Below are positions 56,019 to 64,000 of a stretch of DNA of 64,000 bases, one piece after another. Numbering within the stretch: the first letter of the stretch is position 1; every line of letters starts with the position of its first letter. A model generated the notes under the pieces. It was not told where the DNA came from. It ran no database searches and worked only from the letters and a program-made list of their open reading frames with translations. The DNA lies in the NCBI GenBank assembly GCA_963749455.1, contig CAVVMX010000021.1, positions 393,354 through 457,353 on the forward strand. Direction: 5' to 3'. The stretch comes from an uncultured Chloroflexia bacterium (GTDB lineage: Bacteria; Chloroflexota; Anaerolineae; JAAYZQ01). The translations under genes were made by a program, and so were the position numbers.

Positions 56019-56947
56019 ATGCTGGCAAGATCCGGTCTATTCCCATTTGATTACATTCGCCCGACTACACCCGACGAGGTGGTGCGCCTGTTGCAGAATG
56101 ATGGGGACGGCGCACGGCTGTTGATGGGCGGCACCGACCTGTTGGTGCGCATGCGCGATGGGGTCATCGCCCCCCGGGTCGTGGTGGACGTCAAGCATCT
56201 GCCCGGCATGGGTGAGGTAACCTACGACGACGGGACCGGCCTGACGGTGGGTGCGGCGGTGACGATGAACCGGCTCGCCGGCCATCCGGCGGTCCAGGCC
56301 CACTATCCGCTGCTGGCCGAGTCGGCGAATTCGGTCGCGTCCTACCAGGTGCGCAACCGGGCGACGCTGGGCGGCAACCTGTGCAACGCTTCTCCGGCGG
56401 CCGACACCGCGCCGGCTGTGCTGCTGTTTGAGGCGTTCATCGTCCTGTATGGCCCGCATGGCGAGCGCCAGGTGCCGGCAGCGGCCTTTTTCCTGGGCCC
56501 CGGCCGGACGGCGATGCAGGCCGGCGAGTTCATGACCGCCATCCGCTTTCCCCCACCGCCGAGCGGCGCGGCTGGCCGCTATCTGAAACTGGGACGGAAC
56601 CGGGCCGGCGACCTGGCGATTGTCGGCGTCGCTGTACTGGGCTTTCCCGACCATGCCGTCCCGTCAGGCTATCGCTTTCGCATTGGATTGGCGTCGGTAG
56701 CGCCGGTGCCGCTGCGGGTCGAGGAGGCTGAGGCGCTGCTGGCGACAGCCCACCGGGCGAGGAAACCTTTGCTGCCGCTGCCGCCACGGCTGCCGCTGCG
56801 GCCAGCCCTATCGACGACGTTCGGGCCAGCGCTGCCTACCGCCGGGCGATGGTCCGCAACCTTACCCTGCGCGCCCTGCGCGATGTGTGGGCCCGCCTGG
56901 CTGAGCAGCTGACCGCTTTAAGCGAACAAAGGAGAAGCAATGTCTGA
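56019..56947 (+). CDS. molybdenum hydroxylase (XDH/CODH family) FAD-binding medium subunit, CoxM-like; one frameshift
   Basis: FAD-binding LLMGGTDLL, ATLGGNLCNASPAAD. Confidence 0.7.
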
Positions 56948-57423
56948 GCACTCGATCACAATTAGTTGTGAATGGCGAACAGGAGCGCCTGACCGTGCCG
57001 GCGAACATGACGCTGCTGGAGCTGCTGCGCGAGAGGCTGGCGCTGACCGGCACCAAGAACGGCTGCTCGGCCGGGGAGTGCGGGGCCTGCACGGTGCTTG
57101 ATGAACGGCGAGCCGGTCAACGCCTGCATGGTGCTGGCCGTGGAGGCCGATGGGGCCGAGGTCGTCACCGTCGAAGGGCTGGTCGCACGATGGGCAACTG
57201 GATGCCGTCCAGCAGGCGTTCATGGACGAGGGGGCCGTCCAGTGCGGGTTCTGCACGCCGGGCATGTTGATCTCGGCGCGGGCGCTGCTGACCGCGTACC
57301 CCGCACCCGACCGAGGAGCAGATCCGCGAGGCGCTGGTGGGCAACCTGTGTCGCTGCACCGGCTATACCCGCATCGTGCAGGCGATTCAGAAGGCGTCGC
57401 GCAGCAGCGGACGTGACCGGTGA
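56940..57423 (+). CDS. molybdenum hydroxylase [2Fe-2S] small subunit, CoxS-like; about 2 frameshifts
   Basis: Plant-type ferredoxin motif [11 protein letters not shown] and second cluster motif QCGFCTPGM...NLCRCTGY. Confidence 0.7.
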
Positions 57424-57439
57424 GAGGCAGGAGTGGAAG

Positions 57440-59794
57440 ATGAGCGACGAGAAGCAGACCTTCAATCCTGTCGGCCAGAGTGTCCCGCGCGTGGATGCGC
57501 TGGACAAGGTGACCGGCGCGGCGCAGTTCACCGACGACCTGCAGTTCGGACCGGGGCTGCTGTACGGCCGGGTCGTGCGCAGCCCTCATCCCCACGCGCT
57601 GATCAAGCGGGTGGATGCCAGCCAGGCGCTGGCCGTGCCCGGCGTCAAGGCGGTCGTCACCGGGGCCGACACGCCCGGCTTCATCGGCCTGTACCTGAAG
57701 GACCGGCACATCTTTTGCACCGACCGGGTGCGCTACGTGGGCGATCCGGTGGCCGGGGTGGTCGCGACCAGCGAGGAGATCGCCGAGGAGGCGGCCCGGC
57801 TGGTCGAGGTCGAGTACGAGGAGCTGCCGGCCGTGTTCGACCCGCTGGAGGCGATCAAGCCCGAGGCGCCCCTCCTGCATCCTGACCTGGGGTCCTACGA
57901 AGTCGTGCCCTTTATCTTTCCCAAGGCGGGCACCAACGTCTCCAACATCTTCCGGGTGCGCAAGGGCGACGTGGACGCGGCCTGGGCGCAGTGCGACGCC
58001 ATCGTCGAAGGAACCTACCGCGTGCCGCACATCCAGCACGTGCCGATCGAGCCGCACGTGGCCGTCGCCCGCTGGGAACGCTCTGGCGAGGTGACGCTGT
58101 GGAGCAGCACCCAGTCGCCCTTTGCCCAGCGCGACCTGATCGCCCAGACGCTGGGCATCTCCCAGGGCGACATGCGCGTCATCGGCTCCTACATCGGCGG
58201 CGGCTTTGGCTCCAAGGCGGGCGTGTCGATGGAGGCGCTGGCCGTGGCCATGGCGCAGAAGGTGCCGGGCCGGCCGGTCAAGCTGCGCATGACGCGCGAG
58301 GAAGAGTTCTTCTGCACCTTTGTCCGGCAGGGACTGGTCGCCAAGGTCAAGATCGGCGGCACGCAGCGAGGGCAAGATCCTGGCCCTCCAGGTCGAATAC
58401 TATTGGGACGCCGGGGCCTATACCGAGTATGGCGTGAACATCACCCGCGCGGCGGGCTATTCTTCCACCGGCCCGTACAACGTGCCCAACGTCAAGACCG
58501 ACTCCTACTGCCTCTACACCAACCATCCGGTCGGCGGGCCGATGCGCGGCTTTGGCATGCCCGAGATCCACTGGAGCATCGAGCAGTCGGTGGACCGCCT
58601 GGCCGAAAAGCTGGGCCTGGATCCGGTGCGAGTTCCGCCTCAAGAACTGCGTCAAGGGCGGCGACACGATCGTCACCGGCATGATCATGCACCCGATCGG
58701 CCTGTCAGAGTGCATCGAGCAAGGTGGCGCAAGGCGATCGAGTGGGGCAGCAGGAGAACGCCCGTCGGCCCCGCACAAACGGCGGGGCAAGGGCATCGCC
58801 ATCTGCTGGAAGGCGCCGGCCATGCCGCCCAACGCCGGCTCCGAGGCCTGGGTGCGCTTCAACGAGGACGCGACGGTCAGCGTGGCCGTCAGCGGCCAGG
58901 AGCTGGGCCAGGGCACCTTTACCGTGGCGGCGCAGATGGCGGCCGAGACGCTGGGTGTGCCGTACGAGTGGGTGCGCATCTCCCGTCCGGTGGACACCCG
59001 CTACAGCCCCTACGAGTGGCAGACGGTCGCCAGCCGCCTCACCTGGTCGATGGGCAACGCCGTGCGAGGCCGCCGCCGGCGACGCCCGGCAGCAGATCGT
59101 GGAGATGGTGGCGCGCTACTGGGACGAGGACGCCGGCCGACCTCGACATCCGCAACGGCGAGGTCTTTTCCTATCGCAGCGAGCGGTCCTTCTCCCTGAA
59201 AAAGCATGGTGATCTACGGCCTGCCGCTGCCCGACGACAAGGGTTGGACCGGCGGCCCGATCATCGGCCGCGGCAAGTTCATGCCGACCTACGTCACCGG
59301 CCTGGATCCAGAGACCGGCCAGGGCGAGCGGGCGGTGGTCCACTATACCACCGGGGCGCAGGCGGTCGAGCTGGAGGTGGACACCGAGACGGGGCAGATC
59401 GAGATCGTGCGCCTGGCGGCGGCTTACGACGTGGGCAAGGCGATCAACCCCGACCAGGTGCGCGCCCAGATGGAGGGCGGCGTGGTGCAGGGCGCCAGCT
59501 CGGCCCTGTTCGAGGAGCTGAAGCTGCGCAACGGCAAGCCGGCTGAACCCCTCATTCGTGGACTATCGCATCGCGACGGCCGTGGACGCGCCGCGCAAGA
59601 TCATCGCCGAGTATGTCGAGGTGCCGCAGGATGATGGCCCGTGGGGGGCGCGTGGGATCGGCGAGCACCCGATGATCGCCACCGCGCCGGCCATCGCCAA
59701 CGCGCTCTACGACGCGCTGGGCATCCGCTTCAATGACCTGCCGCTGACGGCCGAGAGGGTGTTCCTCGCCTGGCAGGAGCAACAACCACAGTAG
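57440..59794 (+). CDS. molybdenum hydroxylase molybdopterin-binding large subunit, CoxL/XdhA-like; at least 4 frameshifts
   Basis: AGGAG RBS. MSDEKQTFNPVGQSVPRVDALDKVTG... Mo-cofactor blocks (GGGFGSK, GMPEIHWSIEQ, C-terminal GARGIGEHPMIATAPAIANAL). No AYRCSFR (form I CODH) motif seen. Confidence 0.75.
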
Positions 59795-59801
59795 AGTCAC
59801 A

Positions 59802-59834
59802 GGGCGGGATGTGCAATTCATCCCGCCCTTTTTT
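59802..59834 (+). terminator. rho-independent terminator
   Basis: GGGCGGGAT-gtgcaattc-ATCCCGCCC followed by TTTTTT. Confidence 0.6.
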
Positions 59835-59875
59835 GTTGCGCCGGGATACCCGGCTCCAACTCGGAGGACAATTCT

Positions 59876-60960
59876 ATGCCCGAGTTCATCCCCGCTCGCG
59901 AGCTGGCTCGCTTGTACTACGTCGAAGCGGTCAGGCCCATCCTTGAGGCCGACTATCCCGATTTGGCGCACTCGGCCGGGCTGATCGGTCCTGGCTCGGA
60001 GGTGCTTGGCTTTGACACCGAGATGTCCACCGATCACGGTTGGGGGCCGGGGGTTGGGATCTATCTGACCGAGGCCGATCACGCCCGGCTGGCCGGCGAG
60101 CTGCGCACAACGCTGGGCTACAAGCTGCCTCTGCTCTTTCGCGGCTGGCCGACGCACTTTGAGGAGGTGCCGGATGATCCCGGGACGGAGGTGCCCACGT
60201 TAACCGAGACCCGCCCCCTCAACCACCATGTGCGGGTCACCACGCTGCACCGATTCGTCCGAGAATACGCCGGCGTCGATCTGGATCGGGAGCTGACGGT
60301 GCTGGACTGGCTGGCCATTCCCGAGCAGAACCTGAGGACGCTGGCCGGCGGGGCCGTGTATCACGACGGGCTGAACGTCCTTGAGCCGATGCGCCGCAGT
60401 CTGGCCTACTATCCGCACGACGTGTGGCTATACCTGTTGTCGGCGCAGTGGCAGCGGATTGGGCAGGAGGAGCCGTTTGTCGGCCGGGCCGGCACAGTCG
60501 GCGACGACCTCGGCTCAGCGAGTCATTGCCGCGCGGCTGGTGCGCGACCTGATGCGCCTGTGCCTGTTGATGGAAAGGCAGTACGCGCCCTATCCCAAGT
60601 GGTTTGGCTCGGCATTTGCCCGGCTCGAATGCGCCGCTACCCTGATCCCCATTCTCCAGAACGTGCTGCGGGCGACCGATTGGCACGAGCGAGAGAAGCA
60701 TCTGTCTGTTGCCTACGAGACCGTCGCCATCATCCACAACGATCTGGGCATCACCGCGCCGGTGCTCGCCCAAGTCTCGCGCTTCTGGAGCCGGCCGTTC
60801 TGGGTGATCCAGGGGGAGAGGATCGCCCGCGTGATCTGGGAGGCGATCCAGGACCCGGAGGTCAAGCGGCTGCCCTTTGGGGTCGGCAAGGTCGACCAGT
60901 ATGTCGATAGCACCGACATCCTGTCTTACGCCGGGCGGTGCCGGCGACTGGGTGGGCTCT
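59876..60960 (+). CDS. hypothetical protein (possibly DUF4037-like); one frameshift near 60500, C-terminus uncertain
   Basis: MPEFIPARELARLYYVEAVRPILEADYPDLAHSAGLIGPGSEVLGFDTEMSTDHGWGP... continuing in ORF 60381..61151. Confidence 0.3.
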
Positions 60961-61057
60961 ATACGAAGAGGATGCTGAGATGGGCAGGCTGCAGCTCCGC
61001 GGGCGACTGTGGAAGAGGCATATCGATTGTTCGCGCATGGGTCCCGGGCGCAGGAGA

Positions 61058-61931
61058 TCACCCGGCGGCCAGCCACAGGAATCCGGCCAGCACGTCTGCG
61101 CCGGACGTGGCGCCGTGGGCCACGACCTGCTGGACGGCCGGCGCAAGCTGAGCGCACGCCACCGGCGCTGAGGGCAGCCAGCAGTCGGTGCCAGTTTGCA
61201 TCACACTGTCCACGGGCGGCAGCGCGCAGAAAGGCGGCTGACAGCGTCGTCGTGCGGGGGCCGGCCACCTCGGCCAAGGTGCGGCAGAACGGCCCAGGGG
61301 CAGGGTGGGCAAGCCAGGCCCACAACATCAGCCCGCCCAAAAAGTCGTCGCCGGATGGGGTGAGGCCGATCCCACGGCCGGCCAGCTGAGCGGCTGCCTC
61401 CCGGAGGCAGGCAAGGTCTCCCTCCCATCCTAGCCTCAGATTCTTCGCTTCGCTACCTGGCCTGACAGCCAGGGCCGGCTGGACAACATGCGCATCGGCC
61501 GTGTCCAGGGCAGTAAGTAGGCTGCCGGCGGGGGCATGGCCCTGGGCGATGGCCCTCAGCTCTGGCAGACCTGTCATGATGATCGGCAGCCGTGCCCGGT
61601 GTGCGCTCCAGTTGGGGCAGGGCTCCCACACGGGCGCTTCTCCCAGGGCAACCTCTAGACTGCCGACGTGCAGCGTGTCTCCATCCAACCGGGCCGGCGT
61701 GCCGGGCAACGCCCCGTGAGCTGCCGCCAGCTCACCCGGCTCAGCCTGGACCACAACGCTGAGTGGGCCATCGCCGACGCTGGGGGACACCAGGGCCACC
61801 ACATCGCCCTCTGGCGTCGCCAGGTCGCACGCCTGGTCAAAGACTGCCAGGACGTGGGCAGAAAACCACTGGCGTTGTAGGGTTGTCCTTGCCGTCCGGC
61901 TGATTGAGCGGGCAATCAGGCGCATGGTCAT
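61058..61931 (-). CDS. DUF2877-family protein; one frameshift near 61300
   Basis: GIGLTPSGDDFLGGLM and C-terminal VVAHGATSGADVLAGFLW (in ORF 61058..61312) are signature blocks of DUF2877. Confidence 0.4.
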
Positions 61932-62298
61932 CTCTCCACGGCCTATTGTACTCTGGGCGTGCCCGGTGTCAAGCTGCGCGCCGGCGTTAAGGGATCAGAC
62001 CAGGGCAGGGCGAACTCACTTCTCCACTCGGAGAGGACAGGAGATCGCAGCGGCCGGTTGCCGGAGGGCCTGAGACCTCAATACACTATGATTTGCAGGG
62101 TGTTTGAGGGTTATGTGAGGGTTGCTGTGCACTGCAGGGCGCCATGTTGACATAATGCACGGGGATCGAATGGGGATTGGCATCACTGCCATCGTGGATC
62201 CAGGGGCACTTGCCTGCCCAGGGGGTTTTGACGGGCTTGGCCGGCTGGTGTATAATCGAGAGTGGGCATGGCCAAGACTACAAGGGAGTAGATACGGA

Positions 62299-63483
62299 AT
62301 GACCTACGATTTCGACGAGATTGTGGACCGGCGCCAATCGGGGAGCATCAAGTGGCGGCTCTATGGTGACGGGGTGCTGCCCCTGTGGGTGGCCGACATG
62401 GATTTCAGGTCGCCCGAGCCGGTGATCCGCGCGCTGCGCGAGCGGGTGGATCACGGGGTGTTCGGCTATGGCAGCGAGCCGCCCGAGCTGCGCCAAGTTG
62501 TCCTGGACTGGCTGGCCCGCTCCTTTGGCTGGCAGGTCTCGCCCGAAGCGCTGGTGTTCTTGCCCGACGTGGCAACCGGCTTTAACCTGGCCTGTCATGC
62601 TGTGGCCGCGCCTGGAGACGGCGCATTGGCTCAGACCCCCGTCTACTTTCCGATCCTGCATGCCCCGGCCAATGCCGGCCTGCTGCTGGACCAGATGGAG
62701 CTGTCCAGGCAGGCGGATGGCTATTACGTGATCGACTATGACGCCTTTGAGGCAGCGATTACCCCCCGCACGCGGCTCTTTATCTTGTGCAATCCCCACA
62801 ACCCGGTGGGAAGGGTTTTTCGGCGCGAGGAGCTGGAGCGGATGGCCGAGATTTGCCTTCGTCACGGGGTCGTCATCTGTTCCGACGAGATCCACTGCGA
62901 CCTCATCTTCCAGGGCAGCCGGCACGTGCCGATCGCATCGCTGGCTCCGGAAGTGGCGGCGCAGACGATCACCCTGATCGCTCCAAGCAAGACGTTCAAC
63001 GTCGCCGGACTGAAATGCGCGGTGGCCATTGTGGAGGACGCGGCGCTGCGGGACAGGTATTGCGCGGCGCGGGCCGGGCTGGTCGGCAGCGTGAGTGTCA
63101 TGGGCTACGTTGCCGCCATGGCTGCCTATCGCGACGGCCGGCCATGGCTGGACGAGGCGCTGCGCTACCTGGAGGGCAACCGCGACCTGTTACTGCAATA
63201 CGTGCCCGAGCATATGCCAGGCATTGAGGTGGGCAGGCCGGAGGGAACCTACCTGGCCTGGCTCGACTGCCGTCAGGCCGGCCTGCCCGGCAATCCGCAC
63301 GAGTTCTTTCTGAAACAAGCCAGGGTGGCCTTGAACGACGGGGAACCGTTTGGCCGAGGGGGAGAGGGGTTTGTGCGGCTGAACTTTGGCTGCCCGCGGG
63401 CCACGCTGACGGAGGCGCTCGACCGGATGCGGCAGGCGATGCAGACCCTACGCGAAGGGACTGTGGGGCAGGGAGGAGGGTAG
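62299..63483 (+). CDS. PLP-dependent C-S lyase / aminotransferase class I-II (PatB/MalY-type cystathionine beta-lyase)
   Basis: MTYDFDEIVDRRQSGSIKWRLYG..., VADMDF, PLP-lysine region IAPSKTFNVAGLKCA. Confidence 0.7.
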   Translation: MTYDFDEIVDRRQSGSIKWRLYGDGVLPLWVADMDFRSPEPVIRALRERVDHGVFGYGSEPPELRQVVLDWLARSFGWQVSPEALVFLPDVATGFNLACHAVAAPGDGALAQTPVYFPILHAPANAGLLLDQMELSRQADGYYVIDYDAFEAAITPRTRLFILCNPHNPVGRVFRREELERMAEICLRHGVVICSDEIHCDLIFQGSRHVPIASLAPEVAAQTITLIAPSKTFNVAGLKCAVAIVEDAALRDRYCAARAGLVGSVSVMGYVAAMAAYRDGRPWLDEALRYLEGNRDLLLQYVPEHMPGIEVGRPEGTYLAWLDCRQAGLPGNPHEFFLKQARVALNDGEPFGRGGEGFVRLNFGCPRATLTEALDRMRQAMQTLREGTVGQGGG

Positions 63484-64000
63484 GTGGAGCAACCACTGCG
63501 CGTGATCAACAGCGCCGCGCCCATCCGCATCTGCGACAACGGCGGCTGGACTGACACCTGGTTTGCCGAGCACGGCCAGGTCTTTAACATCGCGGTCCTC
63601 CCGCCGGCCGAGGTGCAGATCCAGGTCGTGCCCCGTGCCTGGCATCAGAACGCTGAGCGCATCATGATCCTCGCCGAGAACTTTGGCGACCGGTATGCAC
63701 CGGCGCTCGACGGGGCGGGATGGGACCGGCACCCGCTGTTGGAGGCGACGATCCAGCGCATGGGCATACCAGATGATGTAGCGTTGGAGGTCAGCATCTT
63801 CTCAGACGCGCCAAGCGGAGCCTCGACCGGGACGTCGGCGGCGGTCACTGTGGCTCTCATCGGCGCCCTGGACCGCCTGACGCCAGGGCGGCTGACTCCT
63901 CACGAAGCGGCCCAACTGGCCCACTCGGTGGAAGTGGACACGCTGGGGCAGCAGTGCGGCATCCAGGATCAGTTCTGCGCAGCTTATGGCGGCATCAACT
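63484..64000 (+). CDS. GHMP-kinase-family protein, N-terminal part (continues beyond window)
   Basis: GTG 63484 overlapping the preceding TAG. GHMP motif 1 region ...VDTLGQQCGIQDQFCAAYGGIN. Confidence 0.45.
   Translation, partial: MEQPLRVINSAAPIRICDNGGWTDTWFAEHGQVFNIAVLPPAEVQIQVVPRAWHQNAERIMILAENFGDRYAPALDGAGWDRHPLLEATIQRMGIPDDVALEVSIFSDAPSGASTGTSAAVTVALIGALDRLTPGRLTPHEAAQLAHSVEVDTLGQQCGIQDQFCAAYGGIN

Noticed and set aside
56019-59794. Aerobic carbon-monoxide dehydrogenase form I
   Set aside because: Gene order fits, but the diagnostic AYRCSFR motif was not found in any frame of the large-subunit region. Kept as generic XDH/CODH-family molybdenum hydroxylase.
63484-64000. Last GHMP-kinase fragment as beta-RFAP synthase linking to H4MPT/Fae biology
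   Set aside because: Only ~170 N-terminal residues are visible. The GHMP motif is generic (sugar/heptose kinase equally likely). 38 kb separates it from the Fae genes.

Overview
High-GC (~65%) bacterial chromosomal segment with about 60 genes on both strands. The phylum cannot be fixed from sequence alone; GGAGG-type RBSs, sigma70-like promoters and the gene content fit Chloroflexota or Actinomycetota. Coordinates of frameshifted genes are approximate. Content, start to end:
- ackA 3' end.
- A minus-strand operon: MttB-superfamily (non-pyrrolysine) methyltransferase, cognate B12-binding corrinoid protein, saccharopine-dehydrogenase-like oxidoreductase.
- A plus-strand operon: M20D amidohydrolase, phosphate acyltransferase, GctAB-type CoA-transferase.
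- MFS transporter, uvrA, DUF3795 and DinB_2 proteins.
- tRNA-Arg(TCG) next to a DEDDh exonuclease with a WYL-like tail, NIF3 and PolX.
- Membrane SH3 protein, Fe-S protein translationally coupled to an APC permease.
- Two tandem paralogous genes each fusing a DapA-family lyase to a formaldehyde-activating-enzyme (Fae) domain, plus an unknown co-operonic gene.
- tRNA-Arg/Ser/Ser cluster, serS, GntR regulator and psuK-psuG pseudouridine genes.
- Tandem SPFH-like membrane paralogs, a TGS/uridine-kinase-like NTPase.
- A long minus-strand ABC (PotA/FbpB-like) - PfkB kinase - GH2 hydrolase block.
- ComEC, two response regulators.
- A compact radical-SAM RiPP-like cluster (PqqD-like RRE, rSAM-SPASM enzyme, 36-aa precursor, HprK-related kinase) preceded by a Pho-box-like array of four 7-bp direct repeats and two promoters.
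- GH1 beta-glucosidase, a coxMSL-type molybdenum hydroxylase operon, DUF2877 protein, PatB/MalY C-S lyase, and a GHMP kinase fragment.

No transposase, integrase or CRISPR array was seen. Conserved genes carry many single-nucleotide frameshifts (uvrA at least 5, polX at least 3, comEC, coxL, GH2), and several map to homopolymer runs. This is interpreted as indel sequencing error, not gene decay. The RiPP-like cluster with its regulatory architecture and the DapA-Fae fusion pair are the most likely novel systems.
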